Origin: Catajapyx aquilonaris
Taxonomy: Eukaryota
Reading direction: 5' to 3'
DNA: 54,128 nucleotides
Assembly (NCBI GenBank): GCA_000934665.2
Contig: KZ538678.1
Span: forward strand, 1-54,128
The notes under the pieces are model-generated. The model did not search any database. It was not told the DNA's origin and was given only the letters and a program-made list of their open reading frames with translations. This document shows, piece by piece, positions 37,115 through 50,545 of this stretch; positions within the stretch are counted from its first letter, which is position 1, and each line of letters opens with the position of its first letter. The position numbers and the translations under genes are program-made.

Positions 37115-38020
37115 CTGACAATAGAAAATGAGCAACTTATCAATGTAATATATTGCAGCAGTTTATTGTTAGTTGGGCTGTGCAAGTTTGAAAAGAGTTC
37201 GGAAGGAGTGGTCATATATGCGAGTTTGAATTCCTGCCGCTGTTGTGAGTTAGTTGCTCAAAGGCATTGCAGGAATTGCGACCAAGCCCAATAGGCGTGA
37301 AAGAATCCTCTTTTACATCAGCAGCCTCGTTCCACTAGAAAATATACAGCATATGAGGCGAGCCTGTGCTTCTGTTTTTTTGCCCATGTGCAGTGTACTA
37401 GTACGTTGCTTTTTCAGCAACGCCATTTATCTCCTCTAGCAGGAATCTGCGGAGTGTTTTGTGTAACTGGCATGTGAAAAACTCCTGTACACTAGAAAAT
37501 TAACTCCCTTTTAGGGAACTTGACGATATTCACTGTCCTTTGTTCATCTGAGCTTTGAACCAATAAATCGAAATGAGCAGCGGAACAAATTTCCACTAAA
37601 TTTGGTCGGCCGCGTATAAATGCAGATTCCAATCAAGTTCCGTGTAGGCAGCCTAAGTACTGGTATAAACTAAAATCAATGAATCAGACAAAGTAAATGG
37701 CTGCAGTATTTTACCATATAGGACTGCGCTGACTTTCCTTACCGACAGCCTCTGATATTATGCAGTACTCGGAAGAACAATCACTTAGGATTGTGCATAG
37801 TCTATAAAATAGATTTTAGAAAGCGGAATGGGACTTGACTCCGAGTTGAGAGATGTATCTTCTTTTCGATGTACTGCGCTAAGTGATACTTCACCGTTCG
37901 CTATTGAACTGAGCTCTACTGGAAGTCAATTTGATCACTTTTATTGAACTCCACGTTAAGGTGTTCCAGTCAATTATTCCTCTGGCAAGTCACTTAGCAG
38001 GAATTAATTATGAAAAATAA

Positions 38021-38383
38021 GGGGAGGCGGAGTGGCGCTGCGGTATCGTATGCCCCCAGTGATGCAAGGGTCCCGGGTTCGGTACCAAACCCGGGCATCC
38101 TCCCCTTCATCTCGTGCAGAGTTGGGTCGTCTCTGGATTCATCGCCTCGGGTGGGACTCCTGAGACTAACCACCCGGGGGAGTTCACAAAATGTACCGCA
38201 ATTGAGACATTGCACACCCCCTCNNNNNNNNNNNNNNNNNCCCCCCATCGCTCGCGGTATCCGGGCGTTACGGAAAAGGACCAACATGTATAAGCTTGCA
38301 AATAAAAGTAACCGTGCCAGATGCCCATCAATGGGCGGTGCACTAACCCAATTATTTAAAAATATATATTATTACCGTACATT
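38021..38383 (+). mobile_element. SINE family A
   Basis: 18-bp TSD ATTAATTATGAAAAATAA at 38003-38020 and 38384-38401. Confidence 0.9.
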
Positions 38384-38658
38384 ATTAATTATGAAAAATA
38401 AACGATAAATCGATAATCCTATCAAATGAAAGTGTTCTCTACGAAACAGGTCAAGAGATCAATTTTCTTGAGAGTGTAACTCTCGACAGGGTTCTCATTA
38501 ATATTGCACCAGCAAGCTATCCTGGATTTGAATAAATTTTAACCAAAGTAAAATTTAATAACTGAAACAAATAAGCAACCTTTTCAATATTCACTCGCAG
38601 AAAAACACCTACTGGGTACTTACTCGAAAGAACCTACATCAAGACCTACACAAAATAC

Positions 38659-38925
38659 CTTTCTGATTTGGTATAATATCAGGATCGGCGTCGTCGTTGG
38701 GTGTAAGGCCGTCCATCTTGGAATGGGGTGAGTGAAGTGGAAGAGGGCCTCCTGAAGGTTCTCCGTCTCCAGCGTCGCTTTTCCCCTTGGGACGACGACG
38801 TCGTCTACGTCTAATGACCTTTCTGTAGATGGCTCCAGCTATCACCAGCACTAGCACCAGAAGCACCAAAGCGGTGCCGATCAGTGCCCCTAACAATGGG
38901 TTTACAGGGGCACCTTCGGAAGCGC
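38659..38925 (-). CDS. Sidestep/nephrin-like protein, transmembrane exon
   Basis: Acceptor TTTTATCCTTGCAATCCAG, donor GTATTT, 267 bp, phase 1 to 1. Hydrophobic helix LLGALIGTALVLLVLVLVIAGAIY, basic stop-transfer RKVIRRRRRRR, and DADPDIIP motif. Confidence 0.9.
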
Positions 38926-40371
38926 CTGGATTGCAAGGATAAAATAACATGTATCATTAAAGGTTATCATGAACCCCATATGGAATCCTTTATTAATTTC
39001 TCAAAGCTATTTTCGTTTTACAGCCACGCTTGGTTCAACTGCATCTTGAAGGCAGTGTAACTGACCCTGATATCCCTTCTCATTCGGGTGCAGAGGTTAT
39101 GTTCGGTTGGTTCCTGACTGCTGCAAAAACTGCAGACAGTATTATAATCAGGGGTGTACGTTACGCTAAGTCTCTGATTTGATTTCATGTGTGGTCTTCT
39201 CCGGCACTACAATATATCGGGTGAATATCAGCTTGTGTTGTGAGAGTATATTATGTACAGTATTATTCCCTGACACTCTTCGGCGCGATTTCATTAATTA
39301 CGAAAATCAATAGCCACCATACGATTAAAAGGCATTCCACACCTTCCCACTAATGGTGGATCATCAGTGTCCATGCTGAAGGGTGTAAATTAGGTCGGTC
39401 AGCTCAGAACGACATCTTTCCTTTATGAAGCACCTGCTTGGAGGGGTAAAGTAAAACAGATTTTCTAAGTTAGGTCAATAACGGCACCTCTTTCGACAGC
39501 GAATAATGGTTGTCACCATAAACATAGTTAACAAACAATTGCCATTCAGGAGAACGCAACGTATATAATTTCCTCGAAATATCCGCTTTTTTGTTGGCAG
39601 TGTCCTTTGCAAATCTCCCTCTCATCTTAGGGCTGTCATTCACAAGCCTTGTCACCGTCAGCACATTGTATGAATAATCAAATATCCACCCTCCACTTGT
39701 ACAGCAACCCCCCCTCCCCTCCCACCTTGTTCCATATAGAATGGGGAAGTGTGAGAAGATTTTCCCAAAATATCATCCCGAGATTCGCCCAAGAGCTTTG
39801 AAATGTCGCCTCCTAGTGATTTACGTCTCTGTAGGCAAAATTTCCCCCTAGACGGTGTTTCACCCTCCCCCCTTTTCATCACGTGTCGTCTTCAGCCAAC
39901 GTCAATCTCAAACTTGTCATTTCCCTCAGCGTGAAAAATTGCTCCCACAGCGAAGATGGAAAAAGTGCGGAAGCAGATGAGAGAGTAATCGATTGAAGTC
40001 TATGTTACAGTTACACCTGCCTATCTTTTACAACTGCACTCTCAAAAATACTTCAGTTATAATTCCAAATGGTTGAATATGACATATCCTTAGTTTGTAC
40101 TAGCTTATTTGTTCATCATATACGACATATAGGATATGTCAATTCTTTTTACTATTCTTATCACTCTTGCATGACATGGATCTCTCAGTTTCAGTTAACT
40201 TATTACGCTTTTCTACTTGATCTAGGATGCTATACTCTGAAAATATTGATGATCTTTGCAGTTTTATATGTAACTTGTCTTGACTTATTGTCATTAAAAA
40301 TTCTGAAACCAGAATGACCGTAATTTGTGGCCATAATATGGCCACAAGTTACGGCCATTCTGGTTTCACCT

Positions 40372-41574
40372 TGTCACAGGCTGGCGTGAATTAGGACAGG
40401 TCAAGTGCTTTCTCAGGTTTAGGAAAGTACAACGGGGTTAAGAGATTAATGCAGCGGATGCAATATTTAAGCTCATCTCGTTCAACCACTTCAGTGTATT
40501 GATCGTACTGTATATTCTTTCCATGTCCAATATCAAAGTAAATTAAATCCCACATAAACAAACACGTGTCTTCTTCATTTCTTATCATTCCACGTATCTT
40601 CAGCACAGGCGGTCACACCTGCGCAGATCCTTTTCTCCAGAACTCGTAACAGCTGACGTAACTGTCCGATGCTCCCTCTCCATCCGTCGTTCCGGACACT
40701 TCGGATGACTCCACCGTTGAATCGGCCTCACTCGTCAGCGGGTCCTCTTCCACCAACGGCAGACACAAAATAGGGTAGCCCCAAACTTCGTGTGACGTAC
40801 GCCCGCCTTTTCCCTGGCAGAGACAGCGTCGACTTCCCGTCGATCCGTTTGCACTCCCTCCACAGTCCGACTGACCTCCAAGAGTACTCCTCTTGCCGTT
40901 CGGCTAGACACCGCCGAATAACTGCCTGGGGCTCCTCAGCCTTCTGGTCGCTCCGACTTGGGCAACGTTGATCATCCGATCCAACACCAATGTAGCAGCT
41001 GCCAAAACTGGGGCGTCCTCCCAAGCTCCCACTTCGTCAACTTCTGTTGAACTGCGAACCCGCCGTATTGGTCTGTCACGCACCTTCCTCCTGGATCATC
41101 TGCTTGCTGTATGTATTCTTCACGATGTTCTCTCTGGCCAGGTCACCTCCACAGCTGTCCACCTTCTGGTCACACAGCTGGGCACGTCGATACTTCCGAC
41201 GAGAGTAGACGACTCTCCTTCTCCTACTGGCCTCTGGTACTTCGTACTTCTGGGTGGTCCTCTAACACCGAAGATGCCCCCATCTTCCTGTCGACACAAG
41301 GTCACGACGTACAGGTACAGGCTGCAGAATACCCCGACTGTTCCTTCCTCCTATCCAGGTTATAGGACCGTGCGGTCCTTCTTCCATTTCGACCAACTCA
41401 GCTTGGAGGCTCACTGCTTTCTCCCGTTCCACCACTTTTCCCCCTCCCAGGAAACCTTGGGTGGGATCCGTCATGCATTGGGCTGGTAAAATAGTATTCA
41501 CAGGGTTGGGCAAGGAAAGACAAGGTTGAAGGTAATATGGGGTGCTTACATGGCCGTTCGGCCACCTTGTGACA
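40372..41574 (-). mobile_element. Solo LTR, 1.2 kb
   Basis: TGTCACA...TGTGACA termini; 5-bp flanks CACCT / CACCC (one mismatch); GC-richer than surroundings. Orientation tentative. Confidence 0.7.
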
Positions 41575-41814
41575 CACCCTGGTTCACTCTATGGATAGGG
41601 AAATAAAATAATAATAAAAATTTATTTCCCTATTCATAGAGTGAACCAAGCAGATAGTTACATTCAATGAATGATACGTTTTCAAATTATTATTGTTGGT
41701 CAAACGTGTGGCCAACATTAATTAAATAATTATATATTTGGGCACCACATGATAGGACAGGTGCCTCTTAGGGATCCATCCTTTCTCTGTCCGTCTTTAT
41801 TCATTGACTGCGCT

Positions 41815-42373
41815 GTTAATGGATTTTGATTGTCGGAAGAAAAGGGGAACCCCGAGAAAACCCATGCCAACACGGAGAGATCTCATCTAAACTGGGGAGG
41901 TGTAGATGGCCGTGATGGTAACGTCACGGCTTTCTGAGTGAAAGGCCCCAGGTTCGATCCCCGCCTGGGGAACTTTCCTTTCACCTGCGTCAGGAGGGTC
42001 TCTCACTTGCACCAAGAGGTGTCTGGCAACCTAACCTCCTGGGGAACAGCACATGACCCATTTTCAGGCATGGCACTTGCACCTATATTCCCTCCCCAAT
42101 AATTACTATCCCTACCCTACATCCTTGACTCCTTGCACCGGAGATTGCAGTTAATCTAAAAAAATGAGTTAAATGATGGTATTCCACCCCCCCCCCCCCC
42201 GGAAAGGCATANGCATACGAGGTAAACAGCAAAAAAACTCATCTAAACTTGTTTCATATGTGGAAATCTCTCGGGAAATCCCCTGTCTGAACCAGGTACC
42301 GAACGCAGCAACTCGCAGGTAGAAGGCTGTCCGAGGCTGTCTGGATAACCAGTAGCTACACCACCTTGTCGCC
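41815..42373 (-). mobile_element. Old SINE family C (V-domain) copy split by a family B insertion
   Basis: V-domain at 41821-41893 and degraded head GGCGACAAGGTGGTG at 42250-42373. Confidence 0.75.
41894..42237 (+). mobile_element. SINE family B
   Basis: Matches 8349-8694; TSD CTCATCTAAACT at 41882-41893 and 42238-42249. Confidence 0.9.
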
Positions 42374-42737
42374 TGGCCAAAATAAATAATTTATTGATTA
42401 TCGTTCGGTCTTTCGATGTAGAGTCTAAAGCAACAGTGAGTTGCTGAATTGTTCCTAGTATTTCAAGCCTGCCACTTAGACCTACCTCAATATGATCAAT
42501 ATTTTGGTAACAGAAATGATTTAGGAATACATTGACTCAGTGATAGTGTACACGTTCAGAGCAAAATAAAAGTCTCGCTTTTCCTCGTGAAAGAAGAGTT
42601 TGTTATTGAGGAAAATGTCGGCATTCCACTTTTCTCTCAGAAGAAAATAGCAAAATAGCCCGCACGATTTGGTAAATGTATTGTATTAGCCATTTAAACA
42701 CGGTTCTAATGTGACGTTGTAGCCTATACTGATGAGG

Positions 42738-42741
<4 letters not shown>

Positions 42742-42810
<69 letters not shown>

Positions 42811-43349
42811 GTTTATTAACCTCCTTTTAGGTAAACCCCATAACAGGAGGGGGAAGCGTTTACAAAGTAATCTCAGCGTGTTTCAATAATCTTGTGGCTT
42901 GTACAAAGTATGAATATAGCTGATACAGGATGTGGGGGGGTGGGTCTTGTAACAATGCATACACTTCGTCCGGGGGGACTCTAGGCCAGTCGTTGAGGTG
43001 TGTTTGTCTCGCTTGATTAAAAAAAGAGCACGTGTAGATAACATGGTAGAGGTCAATGAGATCAAGTGGGTAGCATAATGAGCATTCCGTGGATCCAACA
43101 ATCGGAAGTCTATATCCTTGAATAATTATATATGGGGATTCGTTGCTCAAGTTAGCCAGCATACGGGTGATTTGAATGGGAGAGTTGTAGAAAAAATACA
43201 TCTCACGTAAGGGAGAGTCCTTCACCATTGCATAATTTCGATACCTAGTAGAGGCTCCCAACGCCGCATAATCCTCCTGTATTGTCACATCTATGTATTG
43301 TTTGATTGTCAAAAGGGCAGTATCTGAAGTTGGGGAACATAACCATTGT
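42742..43349 (-). mobile_element. 5'-truncated LINE with C-terminal CCHC zinc knuckle
   Basis: CSLCYPLDLIDLYHVIYTC in ORF 42860-43312; short 3' UTR with AATAAA and (TAT)n; TSD CTGATGAGGTATA at 42729-42741 and 43350-43362. Confidence 0.85.
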
Positions 43350-46300
43350 CTGATGAGGTATAGGCTGGTAGGCTACTTTTTTTTTCAAGCAGTGGTATAC
43401 ATGCACCTATATAAATATGTCATTTTCCACTATATCAACCTCTTGTACAAACCAATGGAAATCACTGTTTTGCCAAGTTATCCCAGGTACGCTATTGGCA
43501 CAAATTGAAGCACCACACTTCTGTATACGCTGCAAACTAAATTAACCGCAAACGCAATTACACGGTCTTTGCATCAATAATTCTAATCCCTAACACCCAA
43601 TTAATGTGATCCAGCACTTTGTCAAGCTGCAATGGTTTCTCTTACATTAGTGGCAAAGTAGCCTATACACAAGAGCTCTGCGATATAATAGTGACGATCA
43701 CTGGGGCAATCTCATCAGTTTCTTAATTCTGATTGATCTAGAATTTTGCTCTCTACTGAACAAAAAAGGGCGATGGGATTATACTCATAGCCCAAAGTGC
43801 TAAATACGGCTGTGAAAATCTGTCAAAATGATGCGTCAGTCGATCATGATTTTTCCGGGAGCAAACAATTGCCTGGCGATAGGATACACTTACTGCCTTT
43901 GTGGGACATGACTGATGCCGGATGTGCGGAAAACTTCATAAGTGGAAAAATTACTCCCCCTGTTCGCTTCCATCATTTTCGCCAGTCGCCGTATAAAACG
44001 AAAAAAAAAATCAATAATCATTGGGAATAGTGAGGTGCAATTCGGAGCAAACAAATTTTATAAAACTGTTGTGGTTTGACGAGGATCATTCACAATGGAG
44101 CAACGGGAGCATTAATGTGGACATAATGCTACGGCGGATGAAATGTAACGCACGGAACAAATCCCATGTGCGCTTGATCTTTGTCACGTGCCTTTTTTTA
44201 CCCATGCAATATTATGCGCGAAATGCCCCGGATCACTTTCACGCCAGTTTGCATCTGGTAATCCTGCTCTGTTTGGTAATATCATGCAAGAGTAGTATGG
44301 GTAGGGGGAGGGGAAGTTGTGGAGTGGGATGGGGGGAGGGGTAGGGGAGGGGGGTTTCGTTGTGGTTTGGTCATTATTGTGCAGCTGTATAACTGATGAG
44401 TGAATATTGCAATGAAGGCCTCATTATTCCAGCGCTAGAGAATGTGACCTGATCGATACTGGCTGGGGTGTAGTCAGGGTGTAGTAGTTGTAATGCCAAG
44501 AATGAAATGTTTTTGTTCTACGGCCGATTAAGAAGAAAATGACAGTCCAATAATTGAACCTGCACTTATACATCCTCATAGAGGCGGACGGAAATTGAGA
44601 TTTCACCTGCGCTTTATGAACCTGAGCCTTTATGAAAGACCACTTGCATTCACTTCACTCTCAGACTAAGGATCAGTAATTTCCTTTACAAAACTTCAAG
44701 CATAAAGAAGACCCAACTTCATAAAGACTTATGTTTGAAGTACAGGGTAGATGAGTTGTTACAGGGGTTGGAAAAAATGTGTGTGTGGGAGGAGAAGGGG
44801 TTAGAGAAGTGGGAAGTTTTATATTACTTCTTTTCTCGATGATACTTTGCTGTTTACTTCTTGCAGGGCTTGAGCTACCGTTTCATCAAATTGGTAGCGG
44901 AAGTTAAAGTATGCAGCAGAAGGTATGGTGGGACTCTTTTCTAGAGACGCACATGCCATTTTATGCCAAAGTTTGCCAGAACTGATGAAGCTGCAATAAG
45001 GAAAGTCTTAATTCGACTACTGTAATAATGAAGCACTCATTGCTTCGATACTCGGGCGTGTAATAGGATCACGGTGCTGCTCGCTTACGTTTACCGAACA
45101 AAACACATACAAATACAAGCGAAGTGATGTCTTATGGCAATAATTTAAAAAAAAATTAAACTTAAAAAGTAGTACATGAGTGACGTATTTCATCAGTGTG
45201 GCGATACATTTATGTTACGGGGAACTATCGCAAAAAAATTCAACCCACACTGTAGAAATAACAAAAATTCTTTCCTAAAACTTCCAACAGGTCCTGTAGG
45301 AGACCATGACACTTTCACCCGACCTTATATTCTGCACATACGTTCAGGATGTACGAGTGCAAATCATGCAATTATATGTCAATATGCATTTAGCAACTTT
45401 TAATGAGGTTTTTAATATTGATGCGGGAAATTTCGCATAACGGCTACCAGAATAAATCCAACATGATTTGACTCAAATTAAAGTTGCAAATGTATCATCA
45501 GTTTCGACAAGTTGGGATCTAAAAATCAGAAAAAAAAGCCTGATTCCGAAGTTTTTCTCAAAAATGAAAACGGAAACCCCAGAGGGAGAGAGAGGTCAAA
45601 GTCCGGAAAAATGACTTCTATAACAGGAGGTTCATCAGGGGAGGGGATAGACAGCGCTGTATAGGGAAATCACGAGTCAAACATACTGTATAACTATGCT
45701 ATACCAAGAAGAGAAAGGGTCTGCAGGCAGTTGACTCACACATTCTCTTCCTGAAGCGTGGTTTGCCAGACGACTTTCGAATAATGTCTGTTATCTCTTT
45801 CCAGCCACTTAGGTAGGAAACGACGGCTTTCCATCCGATTTTTACCTCTTGTTTGGGGGTTACCATTAGGTTCTCAGAATAAAGGATTGCACCACCGGAA
45901 TGAATAGTTTTATAGATTTTCGAGAAACCAACTTGTAGAACAATACTTGTTCTCCATGTTGGTTTCAGTTAATGTTAGGGGAAGCTTGGTAGGCCTATAC
46001 TAGGAGTACATTATATGCTACACGCAGCGACGAAAATTTTCGTTTTTCTGATTAGGTTTTCTGGTAATATTTGCTGTGTCAATATTTTCAGTGATAAATT
46101 ACTATTCCGCAAAAAATGTGATCCTATAAACGGCCTCTCCAGACAGCTGTGGTGCTGCGGTGGCATGTTATTATCACCGCCTCGTTAAGCTACCATTGTC
46201 TTTAGGGAGAGTCAAATAGGAAGAATTATTCATGTTTGTGCAATATTGTACAGCAGTAAGCCCGCTCGAGTTGGAGCGACCGGAGCTTAACACAACTTAT

Positions 46301-46403
46301 TTACTTTTTATTTTTATGACATATCTCATATAATTATTTAAATACGATTTAGAGCACTTTGATCTTGAAATAAGTCAAGGAATCGCCCAACATACTCATT
46401 TAA

Positions 46404-46570
46404 CCCCGTTTACACGAGGCCGCTGCTAGCAAAACATAATGTAGGCCCGCCAATCAGTTTCTAGATCGTCTCCCCGCAGCGCGATGGACGCGCACGTGGA
46501 GAGCCGATATCCGTCCTGATTGGTGGGATCTGCATGTGTTTTGCTAGCTGCGGCCTACGGTAAACGGGTC
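46404..46570. mobile_element. PIF/Harbinger-type MITE
   Basis: CCCCGTTTACACGAGGCCGCTGCTAGCAAAACA is imperfectly inverted; TAA/TTA flanks. Confidence 0.65.
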
Positions 46571-47300
46571 TTATGAACGAAGGGCCCGTCTAATGTCCTT
46601 TAGCGTGCTTCGTGCTTACGTAGCATAAACCTGTATTCAATTGCAAAACTGAGGAATTGATACTTGAAATTGAAGCATGTGTGAATGTGTCAAGTGCGGT
46701 CCAGTGAGTATACAATATACCAAAACACAATAGGGATTTCTTTGAGAAGTTGGAGTTAGGTTACAGTACTGTACTACCGGTACTTGACACTTTTCTGCTG
46801 CATATGGCATTGACAATATTTTGAAGACTGAACACAAACAAATCGGTGACGCAATCTTTATCCGCCTCTGCAAATAATTATCCGAGATGATTGTTAGACT
46901 TCAGTGGCAAATTCATAAGGTGCAGCTAATTTGAATTGCGGAAAGGGGCGCGAATGCGGAAGCGGCCGCGTTGGACAGATCTGGTCCAATATGGACAGGC
47001 TCTGAGTTAGCAGTTGTGAGGGCAGTGAAGTTAGGTGGTATATAGGTGAGGTTGGGAAGCTGGCACAGGTTCCTTCATTATGGATTACTCCGGATGGCGA
47101 CAAGGAGGGAAATGACGACTGTGGGAACGGATTTCTCGCGCTCTCTGCTCTACCCAAATATGGACTCACAAGGGCGGTCACGGCGGTTCCCACCCAATTC
47201 ACGCAGTACAACAAATTAGGTGCTCTCCACCTGGTGCCTAATTATTCAGACGTCAGTCACAGGTTACAAGCTGTGCAGTCAATTAATAATCTACGCATTG

Positions 47301-47384
<84 letters not shown>
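47301..47384. repeat. Compound microsatellite (AAC)n(AAT)n
   Basis: Read directly from the sequence. Confidence 0.95.
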
Positions 47385-47385
<1 letters not shown>

Positions 47386-47757
47386 GCAAAAACATTTCCT
47401 TCAGCTGCCTCTATTATGCCCGTCTATTACCGTCTATTACCGAGGCTATTGTTTATCAAGCATTTAGTCAATCTTGTTAAAGTTTCATAGAGTGTGTAGT
47501 TGTCTTATACTTCGTAACTCAGTAAATTTCAGAACATCAAATAACATCCAGATCATATACCCCGTTCTCTAGATCCGTCTCCTCCGCAACCTCACTCGAC
47601 AAAAAGCCTGGAGAGCATAATAAGAAATAAGTAATTCCATTGATTCAACTCCACGGTCTCCACCCAACTCCCTTCCTGTTTAGCGCATACGGTTACGGTT
47701 ATGCCAGTTTAATAAACTATATGTCAGGATTTTGTGTGTGAGGGTGTGCCTGATCAG

Positions 47758-48099
47758 GTCTTGACTAAGGTCTGGGGACGGAAGTCTGTGGTTTTACTGT
47801 AGCTGTGGGGACCAGTTCCAATTGTGGGGACATTTGTCGGTCCCCACAGTCTCACACACGCGAAGTGTATCATTACAGTGGGGACATGTGTAAATTAGTG
47901 GGGACATGTCCCCACTATTTTCATTTGTAGGGTTTCACAAAAGTCAATTTTTCTCAGCCTGGGTTACTTAGGGTAGGGTAGGTTAGGTAGGGTAGGTTAG
48001 GTTAGGTTAGGTTAGGTTAGGTTAGGTTAGATCAGTTTAGATCAGTTTACACTCGCAGTGAAAAGTGATCAATGTCCGTCCCCACGCCTTAGTCAAGAC
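47758..48099. mobile_element. TIR element with GTGGGGAC subrepeats and an internal (TTAGG)n array
   Basis: GTCTTGACTAAGG..TGGGGACGGA / TCCGTCCCCA..CCTTAGTCAAGAC termini; TTAGG run at ~47980-48030. Confidence 0.7.
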
Positions 48100-48161
48100 A
48101 AGAGCCATTGGGTGTGTGTCTGTGTTTGTAACTAAGTTATAGGTTTAATTAGAGTTGTACA

Positions 48162-48465
48162 CAAGGTGAGGCAGAACTCCAGGTCAATCTCCCGTCAGGG
48201 CTCTCGATGGCCAAACACAAGTACCGTAGATACAAGTATAAAACATAGGGATGAGAAATGTTTAAAACCGTTAACAAATTAGATGGCATTTTGGTTCCCC
48301 TTAGGCCACCCACCTTGGACCTTTTTTTGAACGTATGCAGAAATAAAACGCCGAGTATAGATCATGCCAGGGGTTTGGGTCATAGTCGTCTCGCTGTAAA
48401 CTTGTTTCGGGCCAACCAGTAGGCTACTGTGGTAGGAGATTGACCTGAACTTCTGCATCACCCTG
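48162..48465. mobile_element. Tc1/mariner-type MITE, diverged
   Basis: CAAGGTGAGGCAGAACTCCAGGTCAATCTCC / GGAGATTGACCTGAACTTCTGCATCACCCTG-TA. Confidence 0.7.
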
Positions 48466-49665
48466 TACAGTGGCACGTATTTGGAATAAGTGATGGTTTG
48501 GCGTCACAGTTTTAAAGGTGCATAAAGGATTTGTGGATGGGATGTGGATGGAATCAGGACCTCGTTTGAGTTCCAGCAGTGACCGCAGGCTGGCTTATCC
48601 GGCCAAATCGGAACCCTCGTCTCACGCCTTCATTCCATCCCCGCTCTCTTCCCCCCTCCGTCAGCTAAATTCCAGTATCGATCTCGAGGTTTTGGCCTAA
48701 ACCTGTCAAACGACCTCCAAATAATTTAAATTTGTGGTAGGGAAGGCTCTACATCTAAAACGCTATTTTCTACCTACCCCCGCCTCCCCACCCCGTCCGG
48801 AGGATAAACAACCCTGGGGTGCATTGCGTTAATGGTAGAAAATGACAAGCACTAAATATATTTATGCCAAATTAAACCTAGTATCGTAGGGTTATAATTG
48901 GTAAAGGTGTAGTTCAGTATGAGGATATTCAGATGAGTCCGTTTTCATATGTGATCTTTATATTTCACAATACATAATTATATTGCCCATCAATATTGGG
49001 TATATTGCATGTCTTGCAAAATACTGCTTAGTGTGAATAGGCTAAATAATGCATTCTTGCAGCATAATTATGGCCTTTGTGAGTGCGAGTATGTGTGGAG
49101 AGGGAATACAAATTCTGTGAAGCAGTTTTTTTATTGTTTGGCACGGGTAGGATTATTCCGATTCCTAATGATAAGTTATCTCTTTTTCCGCGAATGTAAA
49201 ATTTGCAACAAGTTCTCACATGGTGGGTCACAGGTTAGGTTAAGGTGGTTGGGTAGTTATGGCCCCATCCTAAGAAGTTCATGGAAATTGCCCGATTTAC
49301 AGAAAAAAGTGTGCTCTTTAAAATAAACCCATTAAAAGGGGTACTTACCGGTCAATTTATTGAACCACCGACACCTAAACATAGCTAATTTTATCATTGG
49401 CCTTATGGAAAAACGGCCAGAAACAGCAAAAAAGGCAAAAAACTTACTTTAAAATCCTAACATATTTACATAAAACTATTCTCTTGAAAGCTTGAACTGC
49501 GTAGAGTTATTAGCCGCATAAAATCGCAATGTTACCGGCACCGTTCAGCAGTAATTATCAATTAACTGGACGTAGTGCACTAGCGGGATGTACGAAGCGG
49601 CAACGGCGCGCCTGCCGTATCGATACGCAGATTATCGATATGCGTTAATAATATTCAGCGATTCT

Positions 49666-50006
49666 GGGGAGACGGAGTGGCGCCGCGGTAACGCGCGCGC
49701 CCACGGAAGTTAAGGTCCCGGGTTCAATCCACACCCGGGGTTCCCACCTTCTTTCGTGCAGAGTTGGGCCATCTCTGGCTTCGTTTCGGGTGGCAATTTC
49801 CGGCAGACTAAGCCACCCGGGGGAGTTCACAAAATGACGATTAGAGACATTGCACTTGCACTTTGCACATCCCCTCCCTCCCACCCTTGGAGCATACTAA
49901 TTAAGATTCTTCTTAAACTCGCTCCAAAAACAATTCCAAAGGTGGCAACCCACCCCCCCTAAGGAGTAGTATAACTCCCCCCGTGGGGTAATGAAAAAAA
50001 AAATAA
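49666..50006 (+). mobile_element. SINE family A, poly(A)-tailed variant
   Basis: Same 3' module class as 21113-21437; TSD TCAGCGATTCT at 49655-49665 and 50007-50017. Confidence 0.9.
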
Positions 50007-50208
50007 TCAGCGATTCTAATAGCGCACATTAACATTATTTGAGAATAATTTATAAAATTACATGTGTTTTTGGTACTAAATGTCATTATTACTACATGTA
50101 AATTCATAGCCAATCCTAATTATAAGATTTTAATTAGCCCGCTGCCGAAAATGGTTGGTTGGCAGCGCCACCACATACTCTAGCGAGTGTTTTGTCAATT
50201 AGAATCCC

Positions 50209-50209
<1 letters not shown>

Positions 50210-50239
<30 letters not shown>

Positions 50240-50460
50240 GTACAATATATTATTATTATTATTAGTACAATATATTATTATTATTATTATTAGTACAATA
50301 TATTATTATTATTATTATTATTAGTACAATATATTATTATTATTATTATTATTAGTACAATATATTATTATAATAATAATTAGTACAATATATAATAATA
50401 AAAATAATTATTACAATGATATATTATTTTTATTGTTATTACAATTATATATTATTACTC
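50210..50460. repeat. Higher-order AT-rich repeat, (TAT)n punctuated by TAGTACAATA
   Basis: TAGTACAATAT recurs six times, separated by variable TAT runs. Confidence 0.9.
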
Positions 50461-50545
50461 GCTTTGGGAGGCGCACCTGGGCGCCTTATTTATTTGATAT
50501 CTTGGAGCCTAATATGAATACAACAATGAAACTTACATAACTGAA

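Noticed and set aside
40728..41513. ORFs up to 173 aa in a GC-richer block
   Set aside because: They lie inside the solo LTR and show no gag, pol or env motifs.
41991..42045. HDV-like ribozyme suggested by CTAA just before a closing stem in SINE A and B
   Set aside because: No P1, P3/L3 or P1.1 nested pseudoknot could be drawn; only a simple stem is supported.
44982..45025. CTGATGA...GAAA hammerhead-like core
   Set aside because: Stem II does not pair and stem I is out of register.
47980..48030. TTAGG array as a true telomere or chromosome fusion site
   Set aside because: Short, single orientation, enclosed in a TIR element within an intron.
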